A stretch of 36,893 bases of DNA from a virus (IMGVR_UViG_3300032216_000505:1-36893), one strand, 5' to 3'; shown: positions 9,456 through 17,515, counted from the stretch's first letter. Numbers and translations are program-made. Notes: a model not told the origin generated them from the letters alone.

Positions 9456-9620
9456 ATGAGTTTAATTGAATATAGAGTAAGTTTGCACGAGGATAAAGGA
9501 GATAAATTTATCCTTTATTTTGATTGTTGGGCAGAAGATCAAGACCATGCAGACGAGCAAGCAATAAATGCTTATCCCAATGGAGAAGTAATCAATTCAA
9601 TTATTAAGGGGGAATTATGA
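9456..9620 (+). CDS. 54-aa acidic protein (not in ORF track)
   Basis: MSLIEYRVSLHEDKGD...FDCWAEDQDHADEQA...; follows the leader at 9436; ATGA overlap with the next gene. Confidence 0.75.
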   Translation: MSLIEYRVSLHEDKGDKFILYFDCWAEDQDHADEQAINAYPNGEVINSIIKGEL

Positions 9621-10099
9621 GAGTTATAGAAAAAGAGGTTTTTACCTATGAGGAGTTATCCGATAGTGCCAAGCATGAGGCAAAACAATGGTGGGTAGGT
9701 AATGGGGTCGAATACTGTTGGTGGGATGATTCTAAGTCCTCAATTGAGGCATTTTGCAAGCATTTTGGAGTCAAGATTATTAACTATGACATTGGAGCAT
9801 TTTCTTATTCTTGGATGAAAACCAATGCAGATAATAGCCATTTTAGAGGGCTAAAACTTAAAGATTTTGATCCCGATCATATGCCTACGGGCTATTATTT
9901 AGATTCTACTTTGTGGAGTGCCTTTTACAAGGGTTGGAAATTCACGGGATCCCCATTGACTGCTTTTAATGATGCCATTGATGAGGCTATTCAGGACATC
10001 CGAGCAGATTGGGAATATCAACATAGCGATGAGGCAGTAGAAGAAATGCTCATCATCAATGAATACGAGTTTACCGAGGATGGAAAGCGATATATTTAG
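9617..10099 (+). CDS. Phage hypothetical protein
   Basis: 160 aa; FTYEELSD-AK N-terminus and EYQHSDEAVEE...NEYEFTEDG C-terminus; SD AAGGGGGAA. Confidence 0.8.
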   Translation: MRVIEKEVFTYEELSDSAKHEAKQWWVGNGVEYCWWDDSKSSIEAFCKHFGVKIINYDIGAFSYSWMKTNADNSHFRGLKLKDFDPDHMPTGYYLDSTLWSAFYKGWKFTGSPLTAFNDAIDEAIQDIRADWEYQHSDEAVEEMLIINEYEFTEDGKRYI

Positions 10100-10110
10100 C
10101 ACTTAACACG

Positions 10111-10162
10111 AGGCAAACTGATGAGACTTTAAGAGTCGAAACCCTGAGAAGGGTCTTTGTCT
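10111..10162 (+). ncRNA. Type I hammerhead ribozyme 3 (predicted cleavage after C10155)
   Basis: Stem I AGGCAAA/UUUGUCU; CUGAUGA; stem II GACU-uuaag-AGUC; GAAA; stem III CCCU-gaga-AGGG; GUC site. Confidence 0.93.
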
Positions 10163-10182
10163 AACTGCTAGGAGTATTAAAA

Positions 10183-10362
10183 ATGAATAATTTTTATGAA
10201 ATTAACAACGGGAAACATTTAGAAAAGTTTAGTTTTCAAGATATGGAGTTAATTTATGATGCTTTAAATGATTATCCACAATGGAATGATGACGAAGATG
10301 ACAATCCAACATCAAAAATTATGAACAAATTGTATAACCTTTTGGAGAATAAAAATGACTAA
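10183..10362 (+). CDS. 59-aa acidic protein (not in ORF track)
   Basis: MNNFYEINNGKHLEKFSF...; follows the leader at 10163. Confidence 0.7.
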   Translation: MNNFYEINNGKHLEKFSFQDMELIYDALNDYPQWNDDEDDNPTSKIMNKLYNLLENKND

Positions 10363-10576
10363 ATATAAAACGCAATATTGCCAAGGGTTTTGGCTACCTG
10401 ATGACCCTACTGCCCGCCAAGTGGATTTTATGCAAGTAAAGATTGCTCTTGATTCATGGGATGAGGAAGAAGATCACGAAGATCAATCCATTTTCTTTTA
10501 CATGGATGGCACTCCGCTAGAAGAGGGTTTAATCATAAGTGATGGTTTTGTAATTACTTCAATTGAGGAGAATTAA
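10355..10576 (+). CDS. Acidic hypothetical protein
   Basis: 73 aa; GGAG SD; overlaps the previous ORF. Confidence 0.7.
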   Translation: MTKYKTQYCQGFWLPDDPTARQVDFMQVKIALDSWDEEEDHEDQSIFFYMDGTPLEEGLIISDGFVITSIEEN

Positions 10577-10577
10577 G

Positions 10578-11036
10578 ATGGGTTTAGATATGTATTTATC
10601 GGCTAAACGATATTTGTGGCGAGATGCTGATGAGGCTATTGCCGATGGAATTAACGATTTAATTGGAATCAAAGGCAATAAAAGCAAAAGATTCTGTGGT
10701 GCGAGTTTTGTTGCTAAAGAAGTAGAAATTGAGGCTATGGGATGGAGAAAAGCGAACGCTATACATGGCTGGTTTGTGGAAAATTGCCAAAATGGTAAAG
10801 ATGAATGTCAGGAATCGTATGTTTCGAGGGATAAACTAAAAGAATTGGTGGGGTTATGCCAATCTGTTATGGATAATCCCGATCAGGAGGGTTTAGATCC
10901 TTTTGAGGGTTTTTTCTTTGGATCTTACGAGAAAGACGAATGGTATTACCAAGATTTAAAAAATACCATTGAGGGCATTACTGAGGCATTGACATTGCCT
11001 GAATCTTTTGAGTTTTACTATCAAGCAAGCTGGTAA
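10578..11036 (+). CDS. Phage hypothetical protein (MGLDMYL type)
   Basis: Start moved to ATG 10578 after GAGGAG; MGLDMYL...WRKANAIHGWFV...GFFFGS...YYQASW motifs. Confidence 0.8.
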   Translation: MGLDMYLSAKRYLWRDADEAIADGINDLIGIKGNKSKRFCGASFVAKEVEIEAMGWRKANAIHGWFVENCQNGKDECQESYVSRDKLKELVGLCQSVMDNPDQEGLDPFEGFFFGSYEKDEWYYQDLKNTIEGITEALTLPESFEFYYQASW

Positions 11037-11086
11037 AAAATTCTTCAAGACCATTCAAGGAGTGGTCTTGGGGGGCAATTTTGCCC
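11032..11086 (+). promoter_or_regulatory. Long intergenic RNA hairpin, candidate RNase III processing site
   Basis: 16-bp stem 11041..11056/11060..11075 with several G-U pairs, extendable by GGUAAAA/UUUUGCC; immediately before leader copy 5. Confidence 0.55.
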
Positions 11087-11105
11087 TAACTGCTAGGAGT
11101 AAATC

Positions 11106-11291
11106 ATGGTAAGTAGAAAAGAAATGATTGATGAATTAACAGGATCTATGTTTGATGCGATGGAGTGTGATGCAGATTATCGCTGGAATTTGTGTAAAAC
11201 AGGATTTAAAGGTTTTAATAATTACACAGATGAAGAGCTAAAACGGGAATATCTTGATTACATAAGCGATGACATTGGGGAGGATGTATGA
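11106..11291 (+). CDS. Acidic hypothetical protein
   Basis: 61 aa; follows the leader at 11088. Confidence 0.75.
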   Translation: MVSRKEMIDELTGSMFDAMECDADYRWNLCKTGFKGFNNYTDEELKREYLDYISDDIGEDV

Positions 11292-11518
11292 AAAAGTATG
11301 AGGTATTAACTTTTACGATCTGCGATGGCTGGGTAAATACTTGGCACGAGTATGACGATGACAACAACGAGATCCCGATGGTCTTTGATAGTTTAAAAGA
11401 TGCCGAGGTTGAATTATCGGGTTATTTATATGACTATCGCAGAGCATACGAACGAGGCGATATTGAATGTGATGAGAATCCTGATGATTACATGATTGTG
11501 GAGGTGCAATATGCCTAA
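11288..11518 (+). CDS. Acidic hypothetical protein
   Basis: 76 aa; GGAGG SD; ATGA overlap; CDGWVNTW motif. Confidence 0.75.
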   Translation: MKKYEVLTFTICDGWVNTWHEYDDDNNEIPMVFDSLKDAEVELSGYLYDYRRAYERGDIECDENPDDYMIVEVQYA

Positions 11519-11813
11519 GTATTCAATGAGAACCGAGGTTTGTGGAAACCCTGATTATGGTCAAGATCCTAAAAAGCCCCCGTATGGGGTTAGAGTGATT
11601 ACTCTAAAGTCTCATAGCTATGAGGATTTAATTGCTCAAGTCGGAGATTGGCAACATGAGAATGACATAGGAGGAGGCAATTGGATGAATCCATCCGTCT
11701 CTATTGATGGGGAAGTCATAGGTTATATGTCTTACAACGGGAAGGTGTGGGCTGATAGGTCTTGGACACCTAACACAAGGCAAATTTACTTTAAGGAGAC
11801 ACAAGATGCCTAA
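11511..11813 (+). CDS. Hypothetical protein
   Basis: Start at ATG 11511 after GGAGGT; GNPDYGQDP, IGGGNW and SYNGKVW motifs. Confidence 0.75.
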   Translation: MPKYSMRTEVCGNPDYGQDPKKPPYGVRVITLKSHSYEDLIAQVGDWQHENDIGGGNWMNPSVSIDGEVIGYMSYNGKVWADRSWTPNTRQIYFKETQDA

Positions 11814-11988
11814 ATACTTTGTAGTTTTTACTGAAGAATCAACGAAAGACCACGGCTATTATGTGGATGCCAAGAATAAAGAAGATGCTTACCACTTAGC
11901 ACAAGGCAAGTATCATGCTATGCAAGAGGCTGATAGCATCAATACCAGCTATTCCAAAACAATAGATCATGAGGTGCAAAATGCCTAA
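11806..11988 (+). CDS. Hypothetical protein
   Basis: 60 aa; AAGGAG SD; VDAKNKEDA motif. Confidence 0.7.
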   Translation: MPKYFVVFTEESTKDHGYYVDAKNKEDAYHLAQGKYHAMQEADSINTSYSKTIDHEVQNA

Positions 11989-12274
11989 AGTAATGATTGA
12001 AGTAGATATTCCAAAAGGTCGTTCTATTGCCGAGGCAGAGGGCGCAGTCAAAAGGGCTTTTGATCCTGATTGGATGGCAAGCTGGTGGCATATATCTGAT
12101 GTCCAAGATTGCTTTAATTCCGAGGAGCCGAATGAATGGAATATCACCGATTCTGAGGCAAGAGAAGTGCTGAGAAGGATAGATAAATATCACAATTCTG
12201 AAGTAGGTATCAATTGGGATGTAATCGAATCTCATTGTGAGACAGTTGTTAATGAGCGCAAGGAGGTAGCATGA
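11981..12274 (+). CDS. Hypothetical protein
   Basis: Start at ATG 11981 after GAGGT; W-I-DV...EAREVL...GINWDVI motifs. Confidence 0.75.
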   Translation: MPKVMIEVDIPKGRSIAEAEGAVKRAFDPDWMASWWHISDVQDCFNSEEPNEWNITDSEAREVLRRIDKYHNSEVGINWDVIESHCETVVNERKEVA

Positions 12275-12441
12275 ATAAATACATTGAAGAATTATTAACA
12301 GAAATGATATTTGATTTTAATGACTTAGCGATAGGCAATACTTTTAAGGATGTTGGTTACGATACCAAAAAAGAGTTTTTTGAAGAGATGAGCAGAAAAG
12401 CAAATGAACTTTACTCTAGATTATCTAAGGAGGTAGCATGA
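12271..12441 (+). CDS. 56-aa protein (not in ORF track)
   Basis: Junction AAGGAGGTAGCATGAA is repeated at both ends of the gene (12260 and 12427). Confidence 0.75.
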   Translation: MNKYIEELLTEMIFDFNDLAIGNTFKDVGYDTKKEFFEEMSRKANELYSRLSKEVA

Positions 12442-12584
12442 AGATCACAGGAATATCTGTAATTTTTACTTATGAAAATGGTGAAATTCAAGATGTCAGT
12501 AGTTATGTTCCCATGGGAATTTATAGCGATTTGGAGAATTTTGCCGATTGTTGGCAAGAAGATGAGGAGAGTGAAAATGAATAG
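12438..12584 (+). CDS. 48-aa acidic protein (not in ORF track)
   Basis: MKITGISVIFTYENG...; AAGGAGG SD; ATGA overlap. Confidence 0.7.
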   Translation: MKITGISVIFTYENGEIQDVSSYVPMGIYSDLENFADCWQEDEESENE

Positions 12585-13023
12585 CGATCTATTAGATGAG
12601 TATTGTGTGATGGAATTTGGTCATAAAGATTGGGCTATGTCTTGGGATGAGGCTGGCAATTTGATTGTAATGTTTCATAAAGAGGCAAGTGCCGAGTATT
12701 TGGCAGATCAACATGAGGAAGATTGCCCAACAATGGACGGATTTGGATGCCATTGTGGGGAGGTTAAAGTTAAGAACCATGTGCGTATGCGTAAAGATTT
12801 GGCAGAAGAGGGTATTACTATTCCCGCTGGCAAAAGTTACAAGGACTATGACGATTTGCAAGAGGTAGAGTATTTATCTGCACAAGATTTAGAAGGAGCA
12901 GTAGAGTTTGATACGGGAGAAGATCCTGATAGCCATGCTTTTTGCCCCGTTAAACTTGCTGATGGTCGAGTGTTTTACTTGATTGGAGTTGATCTTGATT
13001 GGTTTTCAGAGGAGGAAGTATGA
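12577..13023 (+). CDS. Acidic hypothetical protein
   Basis: Start reassigned to ATG 12577 (MNSDLLDEY) after GAGGAG; contains H--DCP...C-C. Confidence 0.7.
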   Translation: MNSDLLDEYCVMEFGHKDWAMSWDEAGNLIVMFHKEASAEYLADQHEEDCPTMDGFGCHCGEVKVKNHVRMRKDLAEEGITIPAGKSYKDYDDLQEVEYLSAQDLEGAVEFDTGEDPDSHAFCPVKLADGRVFYLIGVDLDWFSEEEV

Positions 13024-13178
13024 ATCAAGCAGATAAAGACGCACAGAAGTGGATGGAGGCTAACTCCAAGTGGCAATACAAAAGGATGATAGAGGCTAAG
13101 GAATCAGGTAAGCCATATTATATAGACGAAACGGGCTATGTCATCATTGAGGAAAAGAATGAACCTAAGACTAGCTAA
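13020..13178 (+). CDS. 52-aa protein (not in ORF track)
   Basis: MNQADKDAQKWMEANSKWQ...; GAGGAG SD; ATGA overlap. Confidence 0.65.
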   Translation: MNQADKDAQKWMEANSKWQYKRMIEAKESGKPYYIDETGYVIIEEKNEPKTS

Positions 13179-13548
13179 AGGCAAAGTACCCATCCTCAGA
13201 AGGTGGGAGCATGGTGAGAATGATTACTTCTTGATTGACTTCCCATCACGGGAAGTCTTTTTTAGCCTATATACCTATCAGACCAGCGAGCAAAATAAGG
13301 CTAAATATTGGGAAGTATTAAACCACCGATCACGAGGCAAAACCCGCATGGAATGTGCCAAGATGATTGGTGCTACCCCAGGTTGGGTTGCTAAGATTGA
13401 GGCTAAGTTTTGCCGACTCATGAGACAATGGTATTTCAAAGACTTGGAGACCAATCTGTTGAAACTTACATTGTCACATGAGGCGTTACTATCTTTTTTA
13501 GAGACTGAGATGCCCGAAAATTCCCTACACGCTGATGATAGTCATTGA
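13159..13548 (+). CDS. Possible sigma70 region 4-like HTH protein
   Basis: VL--R--GKT--ECAKMIG-T--WV--IE pattern; last gene of the early operon. Confidence 0.5.
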   Translation: MNLRLAKGKVPILRRWEHGENDYFLIDFPSREVFFSLYTYQTSEQNKAKYWEVLNHRSRGKTRMECAKMIGATPGWVAKIEAKFCRLMRQWYFKDLETNLLKLTLSHEALLSFLETEMPENSLHADDSH

Positions 13549-14293
13549 AGTCCTCCCCGACTGTGGGGGAGATCCAATACGGCTTGCCTGTTTCCATAGC
13601 GGTGGCTTGCCCCACACCACTATTGTCGTTATCGGAAATGATGATTCCGTTGGGGAAATACCCAGCTATGAGCTTCATGTTGCTTGCGCTAAAGCACACA
13701 TGGATACAATACTTGATATTGCAAGATTTCATCACCTCTCTTATGGAAAGTCCAGTCGCATACCCCTCGCAGAACATCGGGATTCCCTTTGCGTTCATGC
13801 AGAAAGTTGCCCCCTTGGATTGCTGACCATAGAGGAACTTCTTTTCCCCTTGTTCATTGATTATTTGGACACCAACCAATTTGGTGGCAATTCTCATGGG
13901 TATAACTAATAGCTTTTCCCCATCCTTTTCCCATACATTACCCTGTTCATCAGGAAATCCTTTGGAGGCAAGATAAGGATGTGTAGCAAGTGTAGTTTGA
14001 TTCAAGATCCAGCCTGCTTTTTTGGCAGCTTTTTCCTTGGCATCATCTGCAGTCTTGTTAGATTGTGCGATTCTTTCCCTCACCACCGAGCTTGAGGCAT
14101 TTTCACCCTCTGCAAACCAAGTGGCTGGCTTTTCCATTGTTGCCCAGTTCTGAACCCAACCTACATTACCTAAAAACTTGTATCGCCCATTACTACTACG
14201 AGGATGGTCAAGCGTAGGTGTAGGAATCCATCTGTCGTGTTGCACTGAGTTAATAATGAGGCCATGCCCTCTTGCAAAATCTTCAAACTGCAT
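13466..14293 (-). CDS. Toprim-domain DNA primase-like protein
   Basis: HPYL--KG, CEGYATGLS, ISDNDNSGVG and DFND Toprim motifs; start at MQFEDF. Confidence 0.85.
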   Translation of the reverse strand: MQFEDFARGHGLIINSVQHDRWIPTPTLDHPRSSNGRYKFLGNVGWVQNWATMEKPATWFAEGENASSSVVRERIAQSNKTADDAKEKAAKKAGWILNQTTLATHPYLASKGFPDEQGNVWEKDGEKLLVIPMRIATKLVGVQIINEQGEKKFLYGQQSKGATFCMNAKGIPMFCEGYATGLSIREVMKSCNIKYCIHVCFSASNMKLIAGYFPNGIIISDNDNSGVGQATAMETGKPYWISPTVGEDFNDYHQRVGNFRASQSLKKIVTPHVTM

Positions 14294-14498
14294 TCTTATT
14301 CTTTCTCTTTTGAATTTCGTCAAGCAAATACCATACGGATTTCTCTAAGTCTTCAATGTCTCTACCCTTCTCATCTGCCCGCCAAATATATTTAATAGCA
14401 TTCCCCAGGTTAAACCCCATGTGCCGTGTAATCGTAATGCAATCTATGCCAGATGGATGTGAGGTGTAATGTTTAGGATTGTTGACTGGATCACTCAT
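14283..14498 (-). CDS. DUF3310 family protein
   Basis: DPVNNPKHY...GFNLGNAIKYIWRA--KG---EDLEK--WYL signature. Confidence 0.85.
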   Translation of the reverse strand: MSDPVNNPKHYTSHPSGIDCITITRHMGFNLGNAIKYIWRADEKGRDIEDLEKSVWYLLDEIQKRKNKNAV

Positions 14499-14637
14499 CT
14501 TCCATAACCTTTTTGCAATCATTCATAATTAAGATTGCTAAAGTCTTGGCTTCTGCGTGACAGTTAGGATCTTCCTTGACATTTTTACAGCCTTCCATAA
14601 TTTTTTTAATTAAAACTTCCATTTCATTTGCTTTCAT
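14491..14637 (-). CDS. Small hypothetical protein
   Basis: 48 aa from MKANEME; GGAG SD; overlaps neighbours. Confidence 0.55.
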   Translation of the reverse strand: MKANEMEVLIKKIMEGCKNVKEDPNCHAEAKTLAILIMNDCKKVMEDE

Positions 14638-14809
14638 TTTTCTCTCCCAAAAAGTCTTCCATTTTATAACCACGTTTTTTTAACTCCTTTGCAAAGTTAC
14701 GCAAAGCCCTAGCCTCAAGGTAAGAGACCATGCCTCGTTCCAATCCCATCGCATCACCAATCTCTTGTTGTGTCATCGGAAGATCTTTGGTGTCTTTCTT
14801 AGTTCTCAT
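14624..14809 (-). CDS. Sigma70 region 4-like HTH protein
   Basis: PMTQQEIGDAMGLERGMVSYLEARALR matches the region 4 HTH pattern. Confidence 0.75.
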   Translation of the reverse strand: MRTKKDTKDLPMTQQEIGDAMGLERGMVSYLEARALRNFAKELKKRGYKMEDFLGEKNESK

Positions 14810-16287
14810 GCGGCTCTCTTTTGTTTTGCTTTAGCCCAAGCAATCTGACGATGCTTAACCCAGTTAATTGTAGTTAAAGATGGTATACGGGTTGTTTGAT
14901 ATAAGTTATCAGGCCAAGTTCCAAATTTATTTTTAAATTCATGTTTAGCCCAATTAGCGTTATATTTTCTTTCGTTGGCAATATGTAGTAGTTCAGAATA
15001 AAAGAATTGTTTTTCTTTACGCATATTGGCTTGGGTTTCGCCTAACTCTATTAGTTGACCAGCAACAACGGCTAACTGAATCTTTTGTTTGACGTATCCA
15101 CACGATACACACGTATCACTGTGCTTAGGCCAAAGTGCAGAGCAAGAAGGGCATTTGCTTTCTTTCTTTTCTTTTTCGGTTGGTTCTTTTTTGGTCTTTT
15201 CCTGTTGGTCGTTTAAATCTTTAACTCCCTCTTCATATATTTCATCCCAGTCATCACGAAATCGCAAGTAATTACCTGAATGGTCTAACCAAAGGGCAAA
15301 GTTTTTACCTGGATAAGGGCGCATTACCCTGCCAAGCTGCTGGATATGAGAGCTTAATGATTTAGAAAATGGGCGAGCAGAAACCCCAATACAAACATCA
15401 GGAACATCAAAACCCCTGGTAAGGATGTCAGTAGCAATAAGGCCGTGGATATCTGTATCGGGCTTTGCAAAGTCCTCAATAGCTTGCTTTTTAAACTCAT
15501 CGTTATCTTTATATGAGATTGATACAAAGTTATAACCTTTGTTGGCAAACTGTTGAACCAAATCTTGTCCATGTGCAACTCCAGCACAAAATACAATCGT
15601 TTTTTTGGGCATACCAAATACTTCATGGGTTTTAGTAATCCACTCTTGGACGATATCGCCTGTAATCTTCATGCCCCTTTCGGTGACATCATCAGGAGAC
15701 CATTCGCCAGCAAGTTTTTTGGCTCCTGTCATATCAATCTCTTTTGATATAAAGACTTTTAATGGGGTAAGCCATTTATCTTTTACCAGTTTGCCTGTGG
15801 TAGAAGCGCAAATTACATTGGAATAAATACCGCCTAGACCTTTGGTAAAGGGAGTAGCAGTAAGCCCAATGACTTTTAATGTAGGATTTTCTTGAATGAT
15901 TGCAGTAATCTTTGATCGGGTAATATGGCACTCATCCACAATCAATAGATCAATATCAGGAAACTGATTACGTCTTTCTAATGTTTGTGCAGAACAAACC
16001 TGGATACGCCGAGTGCTATCGTTCTTCCAGTGGTTTGACTGCATTACACCATGTCCAATATTGTATTTTTCTAAACGCATACTGGTTTGATCGACCAATA
16101 CAATACGATCTAGAATCATGGCTGACTTCTTATAGTTATCTGAGGTAGCTTTCATTAACGCTATGGCTACTTCAGTCTTGCCAAATCCTGTTGGTGCATA
16201 CAACAACTGCGCCCTATGTCCCGCTTTAAATCCGTCTCTTAATGCATCAATTACCCATGACTGATGCTCTCTTAATTCTAATTCCAT
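14806..16287 (-). CDS. Superfamily 2 helicase with C-terminal Zn-finger (RadD/YejH-like)
   Basis: LREHQ, APTGFGKT, DECH, TATP, GFDVP, QQLGRVMR, CPSC...CVSCG. Confidence 0.92.
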   Translation of the reverse strand: MELELREHQSWVIDALRDGFKAGHRAQLLYAPTGFGKTEVAIALMKATSDNYKKSAMILDRIVLVDQTSMRLEKYNIGHGVMQSNHWKNDSTRRIQVCSAQTLERRNQFPDIDLLIVDECHITRSKITAIIQENPTLKVIGLTATPFTKGLGGIYSNVICASTTGKLVKDKWLTPLKVFISKEIDMTGAKKLAGEWSPDDVTERGMKITGDIVQEWITKTHEVFGMPKKTIVFCAGVAHGQDLVQQFANKGYNFVSISYKDNDEFKKQAIEDFAKPDTDIHGLIATDILTRGFDVPDVCIGVSARPFSKSLSSHIQQLGRVMRPYPGKNFALWLDHSGNYLRFRDDWDEIYEEGVKDLNDQQEKTKKEPTEKEKKESKCPSCSALWPKHSDTCVSCGYVKQKIQLAVVAGQLIELGETQANMRKEKQFFYSELLHIANERKYNANWAKHEFKNKFGTWPDNLYQTTRIPSLTTINWVKHRQIAWAKAKQKRAA

Positions 16288-16324
16288 CTTATTCCTTAAC
16301 TTCCGCAAACCCTGCGGTGTGGGT

Positions 16325-16513
16325 TTATGCTGCCAATTTATCCTGTTCTAGTAATGCATTTTGCAAAGACTCATGCAACATAGCGGTCATGCCATTTAAT
16401 ACAAAAGCTAGCTCTACTGCCTTTTCAAAATCTCTACGATTGGCAGTTTCATATACACGTTCTGCTAATTTGCCAATTCTAATGGTGTAAAGTGAATAGT
16501 CTTCAAGGTTCAT
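16325..16513 (-). CDS. Hypothetical protein
   Basis: 62 aa; ATGA overlap with the upstream gene. Confidence 0.6.
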   Translation of the reverse strand: MNLEDYSLYTIRIGKLAERVYETANRRDFEKAVELAFVLNGMTAMLHESLQNALLEQDKLAA

Positions 16514-17322
16514 TTTTTTCTTTTCATTGCATTGATGGTTTTAATAAGTTCGGCATTACGATTTTGAAACATATCACGGCTTTCTCGAAGCGCTTTATTT
16601 TCAATTTCCAAAATACGGTTTCGTTCTCTAAGATTCGCAACAGTCTCCTCGATGTCAATCTTTTCGATCTCGGAGGCATTCCATTGCCCCACCGCAATCT
16701 TATCCCTGAAGACTGTGTTTTCTTCTGCCAATAAGTTGATCGTGTCTGAGAGTTCTGCAATCTTCTGGTCTTTGTCTTCCTCTGCTGGATTAACATTTTT
16801 TTTCTCCTCTGGCTTTTTTGGTCTTCCCATATTTTCAGTAGAAATGGTAGCCTCTCTGCCATTTTTATCTGTGTAAGTTACTTCAGATGGTTTGATATCC
16901 AATTCTTTTCTGATGCGGCCTACTGTCATGTTAGATACGCCAATGTGAGCGGCAATCTTATTGTTTGATAACTTAGACCAAATAGGGTTATCAATAATGA
17001 TTTGCATCATGTAACGCTTATCTTCTGCAGTTTTATCTAGGCCATGATTGTTAGATCCTAAAGAAAACCATAACGCATCGGTAACTGTACCCTCTTTAAC
17101 ATCGCAATCCAATGAAGCTTTGCCAGCTTGTTTGGAGGCAAAGTAACGATGAAATCCTGATGAAAGCCAATAGTCTGAGCCATCATAAAAAACGGTAATG
17201 GGCGGAAACTCAATGCCCTCTCTAATCATTTCTGAATATTCATTTACTCGTTCTTGGTTGAGTTCTTTGCGGCTTTGTGTTTTTCCGTCGATGCGAATGT
17301 TTAGTAAATTAATACTTTTCAA
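16510..17322 (-). CDS. ParB/Srx-like N-terminal domain + HTH + coiled-coil protein
   Basis: FPPITVF...SGFHRYFA (ParB-like), SNNKIAAHIGVSNMTVGRIR (HTH); TTG start after leader copy 6. Confidence 0.75.
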   Translation of the reverse strand: MKSINLLNIRIDGKTQSRKELNQERVNEYSEMIREGIEFPPITVFYDGSDYWLSSGFHRYFASKQAGKASLDCDVKEGTVTDALWFSLGSNNHGLDKTAEDKRYMMQIIIDNPIWSKLSNNKIAAHIGVSNMTVGRIRKELDIKPSEVTYTDKNGREATISTENMGRPKKPEEKKNVNPAEEDKDQKIAELSDTINLLAEENTVFRDKIAVGQWNASEIEKIDIEETVANLRERNRILEIENKALRESRDMFQNRNAELIKTINAMKRKK

Positions 17323-17348
17323 TTAAGTCTCCTAGCAGTTGGTCTTAC

Positions 17349-17357
17349 AGTATAACA
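17349..17357 (-). promoter_or_regulatory. Extended -10 element (TGtTATACT) upstream of leader copy 6
   Basis: Predicted start about 17343, a few nt before AACTGCTAGGAG at 17340..17329; no clear -35. Confidence 0.45.
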
Positions 17358-17359
17358 AA

Positions 17360-17515
17360 TTAGCCGAGCAAGTTCCAGCCAAATTTGATGATGTCAAACA
17401 AGAAGTGAGCGACGAGGCCGCCGAATACCAAGAAGCCGTATAACATCACTATAACAATGATAACAGCGGCAATTGCCATGCCAGCCCATTTGACGTATTT
17501 CAGTATTTCTTTCAT
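17360..17515 (-). CDS. 51-aa membrane protein (not in ORF track)
   Basis: MKEILKYVKWAGMAIAAVIIVIVMLYGFLVFGG...; SD AAGGGGGA. Confidence 0.7.
   Translation of the reverse strand: MKEILKYVKWAGMAIAAVIIVIVMLYGFLVFGGLVAHFLFDIIKFGWNLLG

Noticed and set aside
10627-10647. CTGATGA-GGC-tatt-GCC-GATG, a hammerhead-like half core
   Set aside because: GAAA is replaced by GATG, there is no stem III or cleavage site, and it lies inside a good CDS.
8469-11099. Repeated 12-mer as a CRISPR array or integron attC sites
   Set aside because: Repeats are too short, spacing is irregular (450-930 bp) and gene-filled, and no cas or integrase gene is present.
11831-11850. CTGAAGA...GAAA
   Set aside because: No stem II pairing; inside a CDS.
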